DNA from: Camelus dromedarius
Taxonomy: Eukaryota
Direction of reading: 5' to 3'
Length of the DNA stretch: 64,000 bases
Assembly: GCF_036321535.1 (NCBI RefSeq)
Contig: NC_087436.1
Location: 98,148,001 to 98,212,000 of the forward strand
This document shows positions 1-11,991 of the stretch, piece by piece. Positions within the stretch are counted from its first letter, which is position 1, and the number at the start of each line of letters is the position of its first letter. A model generated the notes under the pieces. The model made no database searches. It worked only from the letters and a program-made list of their open reading frames with translations, and had not been told where the DNA came from. A program made the position numbers and the translations under genes.

Positions 1-1870
1 TTTCTTTTTAGTTCTTCTGTTTAAAGTTCCATAGACTTTCTTGAATTAACTGACTTTTTTGTTTGCTTCATTACTGATTGTTATAACAGCCACTTTAAAA
101 CACTTGTCTAGTAGTTTCAGTATGTGTTTTATTCAGTGGTCAGATACGTTTGGTTTTCTTTTCTCTTGGTTCTTTATATGTCAGGTAATTTTGGAATATA
201 TTCTAAAGTTTATGAGTATTAACTTGCACATATTGTGGATCTGTTAGTAGTCTCTGATTTAAGTGTTGTGTTTTTTTTTTTTTTTTTTTGTATAATTGGG
301 CAATAACCTTTTCTAGATTTGAAGTGCAAGCTCTTATTGTTAGCTGACAGCTCCAGCCTTAATTCGTAGCTTTGTCTTTAGCTGAGTCCTGTGATTCTGT
401 TTTATACATGCTGTGGTTAAAAGATCATATTTATAGACAGACAGATCTAGTTGTTATTCGGAATTTCTTTCAGCCACAGATTTATTTATTTGTTTCTTGG
501 TTTCCATAGCAAGGAGAGTATTATTTTTTTGTCCATTTCTCTTACTGTTACCCTTGTGCTTCTGCAAATGTCTTGCCAGTGGACTCAGTGGACTCATTAA
601 GATGCATAATGGGGGAAGTTACTTTTTGTGGCCTTCCTCAATTCCTCCAGATATATACTCCCCACTGGAGTCTGTATACTTCTGTTCTTTCTCCAATTTA
701 TTTGGATGGGTTGAGAGTTATTTTTTATAGGAGTGTCTTCTGATACAGTCTTCAACTATTATTACCAGAAATGGAAAAGAAAATTTATTAAACATATGCT
801 TGATTGATTTTTGAAAATAGTATTTCTAATATGTGAAAGTAAACATTAAATTGAAAAGGAAAATAAATAGAACAGATATTCAGTTCTGTATTTTCCATTT
901 TATTTTTTTCAATCCAGTATTTGGTGAAAAGTACTTCTTTTTACATATTGTCCTTATGCCTAATATAGTTATTTTCATGCCCATGTTTGATTATCTTCAA
1001 ATTGGGATCATCTGATGGTTTATTTCTATTTTTCTCTCTCAGCTTTTGGTTATTTTTTCTTGTCTCTGATGTTCATGGCAATTGCTTATTTAATGTCATG
1101 TGTCAAAGTCACCAGATACTCTGAAAAATGTTATTTTTTCCACAAAGGACAGATTTTTCTTCAGGCAGAAATTTAGTGTATGGCAGTTTAATTTGATCCA
1201 ATCAAAGGAAACAGACTGTGATGTAGGTACCATGTAATTAAATTAGTTTTCACTTATAAGGATATAGTTCTTTAAGGATCTCAGCTGGAATTCTGGGGAA
1301 TCTATGTTTTTTGGTGGTGTTCTTACTCCAATTTTAATCTCCCTATTACTTGCAAATACTGAAATGTATGTTTGACTTTTTAGCCTCTTCGCCATTGCCT
1401 TTTGCTTGATTTTTTTTCAGTCTCTTAAGTTTACACATGTGCAGATTTAAATTGATAAATGCCCCAAAGAGAAACTACTCACAGGTGGTAGACTGATGTT
1501 TTTCTGCAGTTCCCTATTCTCCAGGTCCACAGGCCCTCAATTCAGGTAATTTTAGTAGTCTTCACCTCAAATTTTTGTCTCTCTAGTCGCAGGTGATGTT
1601 GCTGCGAGCTCTAGAGCTCTAACCCTCTGTTGATTACTGTGCCTTCAGTCTTACAAATTAGCAAACAGTCTGAATGGAACAGCGGTGGTGAGTGTGAGGT
1701 TTATCTCAGTGTATCACCTTTCCCCAGAGTCCTAGCCATTCAAATCTTGACTGCTGAATATTCTCCAGTGACTTCAAACACCTGTTTTGCTTTGTTTATT
1801 GTTCTAGGTTTTAAGGACTATTACTACGGAGAGAATTAGTCTAAACAAACTTTTCTGTCATGCCTTGCAG
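1..1870 (-). mobile_element. Ancient LINE-1 (L1ME/L1M5-type) 5'-region fragments, two similar pieces (~1-775 and ~980-1870)
   Basis: T-rich degenerate sequence resembling antisense old-L1 5'/ORF1 regions. Both pieces end in similar motifs (ggagtgtcttctgatacag...ttaccagaa at ~730-770; ggagagaattagtctaaacaaac at ~1828-1850). Confidence 0.55.
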
Positions 1871-1959
1871 TAAGAGCCTTTCAAAGTATTTTAATATAGC
1901 ATACTGTATTCTTTGGAGTAAAGAAACAGTATGCATTTAAGCCCTTCAAGTTTCAACAT

Positions 1960-3024
1960 TGGCTTTATCTGAATTTCCTTTCATCCCTGCTTGTAAACTG
2001 ACAGTTCTTATCTCCTTCTTGGAACACCATGCTAAAAAGAGCCAGTAACAGCCAACATTGATATCAATGCTCTGATTATTTCTAACCACCTTCCCCAGAG
2101 TTAGCTCCTCTAGAGACCAGTGTTCTCTGTCTTAAGAATTACAGGTGGGGATTTACTGTTTTGCCACTGCATAATCTGGTTACCTAGCCTTCTAGCCTGT
2201 TACACTGGTTCCCTTGCCTCCTCCGCCCCAGTCCAACTGCTAAGCTGGAGCTCCTCGTTTATATTTTGATTGCAATTATACCCCTTTTTAAAAGTGGATT
2301 TCCTGTGTCAGTAAATTAATGCTAGCTGCAGTAATAGACAGCCTTGTAGTCTCAGTGGCTTAATATAATCAAGTTCTGTTTCTTGTTAGTGTACATTCTA
2401 ATATGGTTAGGGTAGCTCTCATGGAGAACTCTCCTTTAAGTGATGGCTAAGGGATTTATGTTTTTAACATCCTGTGGCCCACCATCCTCTAAAGCTGTGT
2501 TGTCTACTACAGTAGTCATTAGCCTTGTATAACTATTTAAACTGAATTTAAATTAATTAAAAATTTTTAATGTAAAAACCAGTTCTTCAGTCCTCAGTCC
2601 CCCTGGCTGCATTCCAAGTGTCAGTAGCTCTATGTGGCTAGTGGTGAGTGTATTGGACAGGACAGATACAGAATCTTTCCTTCACTACAGAAAATTCTCT
2701 GATTTTTTTTTAGCATTATTTGCACAATGAGTACTGCCTTCTAAAAACCATCTTGTTTTGGCTTCTAGGGGACTCTCCTGAGTCTCCTAAAATTTTCTAC
2801 CAGGTTCTTTCCCTTTGCCCAGCCAGCAAAGGAGTGGAGGCATTGATATCTGGTAGGATGTTATATGGCCATGTCTAGAAATGAGATGCATCATTTTATC
2901 CCACATGCCATGAGCAGGTGTCAGTTAAACAGACCTTCCCATTTGTAAAGGAAGCTGAGGAATCTAGTTTTCCTACCAACTTAGAAATAGATAACAAAAT
3001 TGATGAGCAACTAGCCTCTTCCAC
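1960..3024 (-). mobile_element. MaLR MLT1 (K/L-like) LTR (~2303-3024) plus adjacent MLT1 internal sequence (~1960-2302), interrupted by a MER3-type element
   Basis: gctagctgcagtaatagacagcc...tctcagtggcttaatataatcaagttctgtttcttg matches an antisense MLT1 LTR end; tgatgagcaactagcctcttccaca is the other end; tttgccactgcataa is an MLT1-int motif. Confidence 0.65.
2495..2700. mobile_element. MER3/MER33-like hAT-Charlie MITE
   Basis: tatttaaactgaatttaaattaattaaaa...agttcttcagtc...caagtgtcagtagctctatgtggctagtggtgagtgtattggacag...agaatctttccttcactacagaaa resembles the recalled MER3 consensus. Confidence 0.75.
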
Positions 3025-3039
3025 ATACTCTAAAAATTT

Positions 3040-3570
3040 TTGGATAGGAAAATGAAAATCAGAACATTTAAGACTGGGATGTGTGGTAGTCAAGGTGAGG
3101 GAGAAGGAAAGGGAGAGTCAAATTTTAGGTTTCTGGCTTACACAGATGGGAATATAAAGGTGAAATTTACTAAGATGACAGCTACAAGCATATGAACGTA
3201 CATAGATCAGCAGTACAGTTTGTGCATATCTTGGATATACATAAGTGAAGATCTTTAATTAAAGAAGCTAAATATGTAAACATGAGACTGAGGATAAATA
3301 TAATTTGAAGTCATGCATTTGAGAGTTATAAACATCAATTCATTATGAGACTACTGAGAGTACAAAAGAATGCTCAGAACTGAACCACAAGGAGCAGAGG
3401 TCATTAGAGGTTGAAAATGCAAGGCCAAGTGAGTTGGGGTATGAAAGCAAAGACGAAAACCAAAAGTATAGCCCCCAAGAAACTAAAACAAGATTGTTTT
3501 CAGAAGGCAGTACTCATTGTGGAAATAGTGCTAGGAGCTGTAAACAGCAATGATTTAAAAAAATCCGTGG
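3040..3570 (-). mobile_element. LINE-2 fragment
   Basis: Purine-rich degenerate L2 motifs (gagggagaaggaaagggagagtca...aggtttctggctt; gaactgaaccacaagga). Confidence 0.55.
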
Positions 3571-6099
3571 ACTATTTCTCTAAAAATGTTTGAGATTATA
3601 TGCAAATAATAATTAATATCTAAATTAAAATTGTCAGAGTGCCAATGCATGTCTTTATTCTCTTTTTCAATAAGTATAAAGCAATTGCCCTAATATCACA
3701 GTTTGTCTTTGTAAACCTGTATAGATTTTACTAGTGAGTGTCTTTTGGCTTATTTTTTGAACATTTCATATCTAAAAACCAAGTTGCAGCTGTAGGAAAA
3801 GTGTGATATATGTAACTTCTAGGATCATTGTTCACTTGTGGTCTTTAGAAATAAGGAAAATTCTCCTACTGAAATAACCTGCCTTTTATCTGAACCAAAT
3901 GAAGCATCAAGATTAATACAGGTTTTTATACTTTATTAAACATGATGCTAAATGATACATTATTTAGTATCAAGAAGCTTTACAATAAAACTTCACTTAC
4001 ACTTAGAGTAGGTAAGAAAAAAAATCAGTTATTACAAAGCAGAAAATATTTCCCAGTGTCAGTTTATTCTGCAGATTGTGAAAGGATAAAGTTTATTTGA
4101 GGCCATATGCTCTCCTTATTCTCACTACTTCATAAACTGAAAAAATTAAAAGCACTCATTTTAGAACTATGCAGTATAAAACACTGTTTTGAAGGGTCTA
4201 CAGATGAATGCCAAGAGGTTATCCCACAGTGAAAATAATTGGATGCCCCAGAGGTTAGCATGTTTTTTCTTTTTCAGCTTCTGTACACTTATCTTATTCC
4301 TAGTTTTTCTATCTTCTAAAATCCTCTTTAAAAGTATTAGCATGGCGATTTTAAGGAAGAAAACAAGGCTGAAAAAGAAAGCTGTGCAAACAGTGTAGAA
4401 AAATCCATTGCAGTTTAAAACACATTGCATAATTTTCTCTTTTTCTTTGAACTGTGAGTCATATGGAGGAATACTAAGTTTTTCTAAAGCAGAAAAGTAA
4501 GTTACTAGGTTCATATAGCAACACTACATATGATAGAGCACTTATAACATGGCATTCAAACTTGTAATTAAAATGTTACATATTTTCATGTGATTCCAGG
4601 CCATTAAAATATGCATAGCATCAATTATCAAGTAAATTTTACTATTACAATCTTATTAGGATGATGTTTTGGCTTCCAGCATGGACTCATATGATTGTTC
4701 TACTGAGAACAAGAAATAAAGACGTTCAGGTTCCATTATTATACCAGAAAAGTGACAGCATATATTCTTTGATGTAGGTATTTCAGAGTCACATTTAAAA
4801 ATGGCTTATGATGATTAAGGGCTTCCTTATATAGTGGCATGATGAGTTAAGAAAATTGTCCTTGAAAGAGTAGGGATTTTGTTCCAAGAAAAAAGGAAAG
4901 TTCAATCAAGAGAATAGGAAACATATGTTGATAAAATGTTTGGAAAAAATAATGATCTCATATCTTGTACTAACAATAAAAAATTATAAAATGTATATCA
5001 TAGAATACATGCATGAAAAAATTAAAATAATTATATACAACTTAAAAAAATATTAAGATAGGATAAGTGATCCTAATAATAAAGTGAAATGCAGGAACCA
5101 TAAAGAAAATCAAATCATAAACCCACAACATTAATCAATTTTAACAGAAAGATGAGTAAAAAGAAATATAAAATCCAAATCATAAATATCTGTAACACAT
5201 ATAAAAATCTCTTACTTTTTTAATATAATAAATATTAACCTTCTGAGTTTGTTAAAATACAAAAAGTATGTTTTAAATGTATTTTAAATATAGATAGGCA
5301 TTTTCCATTAAAATATTTAAACTCATAAATAGTAAAAATGTAAAAAAAAAAAAAAAAGACTTTTTGCTAATGATTATGTAAGAGTTAAAAAGTATTACTC
5401 TTTTCTGGGGAAAGAAAAATAAAGCATTCTCACATGTGAATGTGGTATAAGTTCTTTGTACTCTAATTGATGAAATATATCAATAACAATAATATAATGT
5501 GTGACTCTGAAGTCACAAATTATTGCTTTAGTAGTTCTGATGGATATAATTTGATATGATTTTGTCATAAATAAATTAATAATTTATTTGTTTCATTGAA
5601 TAGTCTATACTATAAAACAAAGTATCAAAAATAGATTACTAGCTCTTAAAATCTAAGCAGGTTTGGAGAGTCAGAAGAAGGGTGAGGTGATAACTATTTC
5701 AGTATAAAGTCCAGAGTCTTGTATTATATGTATAATTTCATCATAAAATTATAACTAATAGTACTTAAGCAAACATTTTACCAAATGTATTTCCCAAACT
5801 TGAGGGGAAAATATGCTTACTGAAACTTAATAAAGCTGGGTGAAAATAAAAATCTCCAGAATACAGTTAGCAAGAGAAGATCCTTTGTTACTATTAAAAC
5901 AATACAAAAAAACCTAGAAAAATAGTACAAGTTGTATGTATTTGCAGAATTCCAGTGAGTCATGTATGAGTGTTGTGATGAGACTTAAAGGGGACTGTGC
6001 CCTGAAATTAAAATTAGAGTTTGATTTTTGCTTCAGAGCCTTCTTCATAGTATAATAGGATATATTTATTTGATACAAAATAATGCAGTGATGCAGGAA

Positions 6100-8458
6100 G
6101 AGAGGAGAACAAAAAAATTACATATTAAAAAATAGCACAATGTCAGATATGAATCATAACTTAATAGTAATTACATGAAATAAAAATATATTATGCATTC
6201 CAATCAAATGGAAGAAATTGATAGAGTGGATAAAAATTATTATCCAATTCTGTGTTACCTAAAAGAGATAGGCTTTAGATTGTTAATCACAAATAGGTTG
6301 AAAGTAAAAGAATGGGAAAAGATATACCAAGTAAGTAATAAGTAAAAACAGCTGGAGTGTCTAGACTAATACCAGACAAGTAAGCAATAAGACAAAAATT
6401 GTTACTAGGACAAAGAAATTTTATAATAATATCACCAATCCAGCATGAACACTTCCTAACTCATTCTGTGAGACCAATATTATTAAGAAAATTAAACAAA
6501 GACATCACAGGATAAGACAGCTTCAGTCAGATATCCCTTATGACACAGATTCAAAATCTTCAGCCAAATTTTGGCAAACTAGTAACATATAAAAAGGATT
6601 ATGCATCATAACCAATAGGATTTTTGCCAGCAACACAAGGTAAATTTATCACAAAGTAAATTTATCGAGTATACCATATTAATAAAATAAATAATAAAAC
6701 ACGTGATCATTTAATACAGAAAAAGGATTTGACAAAATTCAACACCTTACATGGTAAAACAGTCAACAAACTGAAAATAAAAGGGAACTTTCTCAATCTA
6801 ATAGACATCATCTATGAAAAACCCTCAATTAACATATTCAATGGTGAAAGACATTTTTCTCTGAAAGATCAGGAACAAGACAAGAATGTCTGTTTTCACC
6901 ACTTGTATTCAACATTGTATTGAAAGTTCTAGGTAAGGAAATAAAGCAACAAAAATAAATGAAAGGCATTCAGATTTCTAAGGAAGAAATAAAGCTATAC
7001 TTTCAGATAACATGGCCTTTGTTGTGAAAAATGTTTAGGAATCCACAAAAGGCTATTAGAGCTAATAAACAAGCTCAGTATGATTGTGGGATAAAATATC
7101 AGTATACAAAATTCATTTGTCCTTTTTTACACTAGCAATGAGTGATCAAAATTGAAATTAAATAATTATATTTATATAGCAAAGGATGAACTTCTTAGGA
7201 ATAAATGTAATGAAAGAAGCACAAGACTTTTATACTGAAAACTATAACACATCGTTGAAAGAAATTAAAGACTATATATATATTTATATACTATATATAA
7301 TAGTATATAAATACATAAATATATAAATGGAAAGAGGTACCATGTTCATGGATTGGAAAATTTCATTAAATAGACATAATAGAGTAGTGGAATAAAATTG
7401 ATGGAATAAAAGCCCTTGTATTTACATACAAATGATTGTCTATGAATGTGCCAAGACAGTTTGGTGGTTGAGAGTAGTATTTTCAACAAATGGTTCTTGG
7501 AGAACTGAATATCCACATGCAAGAGAATGAAGTCGAACTCATGCCTCACACCATATACAAAAATTAACCCTAGGTGAATCATATATTTAAAAACAAAATG
7601 TTAAAGTCCTGTATTAAAAATCAGTAGAATAGATTTTCTCCAAAATAAGATATATAACATTGCAAATAAGCATTTGAAGAGATGTTCAACATCATTATCA
7701 TTAAGAAAATGCAGATCAAAACCACAGTGACATATCATTTCACATTAAGGCAAAAATATAAAGACTAACAGTAATCAATATTTAAAAATATGTAGAGAAA
7801 TTAGAACTTTTGTACGTTGCTTATGGGAGTGTAAAATTGTGTATCCACTTTGCAAAACAGTTTGGCAAGATGTTAAACAGTGCAAAATGTTATAAGTAGC
7901 ATTATCATATGAGGCAGCAGTTCCACTCCTAGGTAAATGTTCAAGATAAATAAAAAATATAGGTTCACATAAAAAGTTATACATGAATATTCATAGCAGC
8001 ATTGTTCTTAATAGCTAAGAACTGGAAACAACCCAGATGTTTCTCAGTAGATAAACAAATGGTGGTATATCCATACATGGAATAATATCCTACCTGAAGG
8101 AGATTTAAATACTGCTTTATCTTACCACATGAGTGAATCTTGAAAGCAATGTGCAAAGTGAAAAAGCCAGATTCAAAGGTCACGTATTGTATAATTCCAT
8201 TGATACGAATTACCCAGAGTGGCAAAATCCACAGCAACAGAAATTATGTTAGCTTTTACTAGAGGCAGTGGGGATTAGGAGATGGGGAGAAACTGCTAAT
8301 GTGTTGAAATTTCTTTCTCTGGTGATGTGTATATTCTCAAGTTAGAGTGATTATTATACAGCTTTGCAAATACACTAAAAAACTCTAAATTGTACATTTC
8401 AAAACGGGAAATTTTATGTTATTTATGTATCAGTAATGGTATTCTCAAAATAAAAAAA
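6100..8458 (+). mobile_element. LINE-1 (L1MB-like) ORF2 remnants and 3' UTR, internally deleted
   Basis: Endonuclease-start sequence at ~6150-6420 and RT region at ~6440-7000 (ORF 6729-6923, NKLKIKGNFLNLIDIIYEKP, is L1 RT-like), then ORF2 C-terminus and 3' UTR ending in aaataaaaaaa. Confidence 0.9.
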
Positions 8459-8689
8459 TCATTAGTGCCAAGTTTGAGAATCCATTTCTTAATATAAACT
8501 AGGAGGCTGGGAAGTCTTTTGTTGCAGAAGTGACATTTTTGAATGAGACTTATCACTATAAACCTAGTTATAGGCCTATCTATTTTCAAAGAAAAAAAAA
8601 AGTAAAGATAGAAGGGAGGGAGGGAGAGAGGAAGGAAGGAAAGAAGAGGAAAAGAAATGACATTGAGAACAATAATACTAAGAATAACT

Positions 8690-9195
8690 TTCAGTCATTT
8701 GTTTAAATATACTATTTTATCTGTTGGAAAACATTCATTCTAGTGACTTTCATAATGATGTTGAAGAATTCGAGGCTTTGAAATATTAGTCACTTGCCTG
8801 CAATCACAGAGCCAAAATTGAGTGTCAGAGCTGTAAAATGAATCAAGGGAATCTTGACTTGTGTCCATGTTCTTAGCGGGAGAGAGAATTTGATGTAGGA
8901 TGTCTGTGATAATAATAGATTTTATCTGGATAAAACAGGTTAGAAGATAGCATGGAACAGTCAAATGGAGATGATCCATAGGAAACTAGCTGTACATTCA
9001 TGTGAATAAAGGAGAGGAAGAAAAGCATGGATGTTAAAAGCATGTGGGCTCTTGAATCATCATGTCTGAATCTATAGCCAGGCTCCATCATGTGTTAGTT
9101 TAATCAAACTGGGTCTTAATATTCTCTTTTCTGTACTAGAGATAATAATATCTACCTTATAAGGTTGAATGTTATATATAAAGTGTTTAATGAGT
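8690..9195. mobile_element. Two MIR fragments (~8690-8860 minus; ~9030-9195 plus)
   Basis: gtcacttgcctgcaatcacagag and ttttctgtactagagataataatatctaccttataaggttg are MIR core motifs. Confidence 0.6.
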
Positions 9196-9456
9196 GTAGT
9201 TGTAGTGGTTCTGTAGTCAGCTGCCTTTGGGGGCAGGATAGGTGGATCTGACAGCTCACAGCTTTTTGGGGAACCAGGTAGCCCTACATCACCACTCATG
9301 GACATTTTGGCTTCCTTAGTTTTAAGATAACACACATAAAAGGTAACAGGCAGAAAAGTTGTTACCTGATTCCATTTACAAAATCACTATGCAGTTAATT
9401 CTGATTGTGTAGGTGGTATGTCAAAATTGATCTCTTTTTTTCTTGTTTCCGGGGGC

Positions 9457-9570
9457 TTTTTAAATTGAGATGTATGTGACATATAATATGACATTAGTTT
9501 CATGTTACAACAATGATTCAATCTATGTATATATTGTGAAATGATCACCACAATAAATCTAGTAGCAACC
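9457..9570 (-). mobile_element. Short LINE-1 3'-terminal fragment (L1MA9-like)
   Basis: tttttaaattgagatg...ttagtttcatgttacaacaatgattc...gaaatgatcaccacaataaatctagt. Confidence 0.75.
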
Positions 9571-10545
9571 AGCAAAAAAAAAAAAAACTGTGGTTGCAAA
9601 CTAAGATCAACTATTAGCTTTTGTTTGTGAGGCTAGAATTTAGGAGAGAGAAATGTGTTTTGTTGTCATCACCATTCAGTTAGTCAATTGAGCATTTGGA
9701 AGTACACAGAATTATGCAGGAAGAAAATGTAGGATGGGAATAAAAGTGAAACCTGGGGAAATTCATTATGGTTTTAACTTGATTAAATTAATTATGGTTT
9801 TGATTTAATTAAGATATAAATTGGGACCACATTTGGACTTCAGAAGTCATGAAATCATGATGATGGTTTTTGCTTTATTATTTGGACAAATGAAAGAAGA
9901 TATAATTTGACAGTAGACACATTTTTATAGTAGTTATTCCGGAAGAGTGGCTGTGACATGGGAAAGGGTTCTGACTGTAATAACTTAAAGTAGGTACCAA
10001 ATTTGAAAAATTCTTTGGAAGAAGATCTTTGATAGAGGGGATATGGTTGACTAAGGACAAGAAGAAATCAAAAATGACTATACATTTAATAGCCTGGTGA
10101 GCCAGGAGTATAATGATGATGTTGACAGTGATGGGAACACAGAGAAGACTGAGAAAATAATGAGCGTGGCTATAGACACGTTATGTTTTAAGTGTCAGCA
10201 GGATATTTGAGTAGAGATATCTTGCAGACAGCCAAAAATGAGGGTTTGGAGAGCATGTGGGGATTAAATTCCCTTTTGCAGCTTTGTATGTGTTACTTTA
10301 ATCTTTTAAAATTTTATTTCTTTGGTGATTTGGCCATGTGATTCCTAGAGTCCCATCTTACTTTTTATTACTTCATATTATAAGTATCTGGATACATTTT
10401 AAGTTGCCTTTTATTCAGTAAAATTCCATTATTTTCTCATACTTTGGAAAAAATAGGTTGTTTTATTCATTTTCCTCTTTCATTTATTTTGAAACAGTTA
10501 CTATGATACTGCTAATATTTAGCAAAACGTGTTAGGGTCTACAGT

Positions 10546-10549
10546 CACA

Positions 10550-10588
<39 letters not shown>
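10546..10588 (+). repeat. (CA)n microsatellite
   Basis: Direct: cacacacacatacacacac... run. Confidence 0.97.
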
Positions 10589-10591
<3 letters not shown>

Positions 10592-11515
10592 TCTACTAGT
10601 TCAGGAGAGTTTCTGAGTTTTCAGTTATTTGTAGAGAGCTTTCCCATATCTCCCCTTGTGTTTTTGACATAGTTTCTTTTGGCCAGATTGATTTATGTAA
10701 ATATTTGACTGTATGATATTATTTCAAAGGTGCTTTGAAGGCCCTGGGAGGTTCAAGAGGCCCTTGTCAAGTACAGGATGATGACTAACATGCTTCTAGA
10801 ACTTCATCAATTTAAATCAAGTCCATAGTTCTCTTACAGTTCCAACACTTCCATAGTTCAAAGTAGTCTAACCTCATCTCTACACGAAACTGTGGATAAA
10901 GAACCCCAAAAATTTGTTTTGTGAGAATAGAATAGAAACATGGGGACCCTGAGCTTGGGAGTGGGGGATATGCCAAAATAAAAATTAAAAATTGAGAAAT
11001 TTGGTTGCATTAAAAGTAAATTTTAATAATTCCCAATGTGGCATTATTCATAAGCATTAGCAAGCTTTTCAGGGCAGGAAAAGCCTCTCTGTTCATCTGT
11101 TTTTATCAAAGAGGAAGAGATTAACTGGATGTATCATTTTCTAGGGCTTTGATTTGCTACTTGGCCTTTTTTCTGCAAGTTACTCAAATGGATATACAAA
11201 TATTTTCCTTCTAAATAACCTTTTTTTTCCAAGTTAAATCATCCACTATAATTTCCTATTCAAAAATGAAATCTTAGATTCAGCAAAACTACTTTTCTAG
11301 TATTATATATCATTCAGATAGGTTATTTGTACCAAGAGCTATTATTTTTTAATATCCACAGTCTTTCACATGAAAAACCACTAGGTGTTAAACAGTATAT
11401 ACCACGAACCTACCACAAATCAAGACAAACTGATAGCCAAAACATTTTATTGAGGATTTCTCCATAAAATAGCAATGATCTGATTTTGGTTAAAAAAAAA
11501 TTTCCAGGTAATGAT

Positions 11516-11991
11516 TTTCATCTTGAGGATGTTTTTGCTTGTTTCAGTTGTGAAAGAGCTGCATTAAATACCAGCGAAGATTCATTATGATCCCAGCTTT
11601 TCAAATTGATACTCAGAGGGCCTGGCTTCAAAGAATAATGCAAGGAAGATTTTCACATAGATTCTGCAAATGCTTCTATTTGTTCTACACTGCAGAAACC
11701 ACACTGTGACTCAGCAATGCTTTGATGGCTTTGCTCTCTGATCACACACCTTTCTTTCTTGCAAGGCAGACATCAGATATCAGGTATCAACTTTCATATA
11801 AGAAAAACATTCGAGGCCAAAATTTTGATTACCCAGAATCCTTCTAAGGCTTTAGCAATAGAGGAACCATCTGTCACCACCTGACTATAATATCATCTTA
11901 AATTTCGATATCCTGGAGGCTCTGGACATTTTAAAGATTCTTGAGCAGTACCAATTTTAAAGAAAGATAAACTCTGCCTTCAAAAAAAAAA
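11516..11991 (+). pseudogene. Putative L1-mobilised insertion (retrocopy or orphan transduction) of unknown source
   Basis: Flanked by identical ttccaggtaatgat (11502-11515 and 12002-12015), each preceded by ttaaaa-type A runs; A10 tail at 11982-11991. Confidence 0.6.

Noticed and set aside
4167..4514. 115-aa minus ORF overlapping a 69-aa plus ORF in unique sequence
   Set aside because: K/F/L-rich from A/T runs, no recognisable homology and no convincing splice-site pair.
9765..9816. Degenerate 26-bp tandem duplication (attatggtttt...)
   Set aside because: AT-rich, diverged, only two copies; no sign of function.
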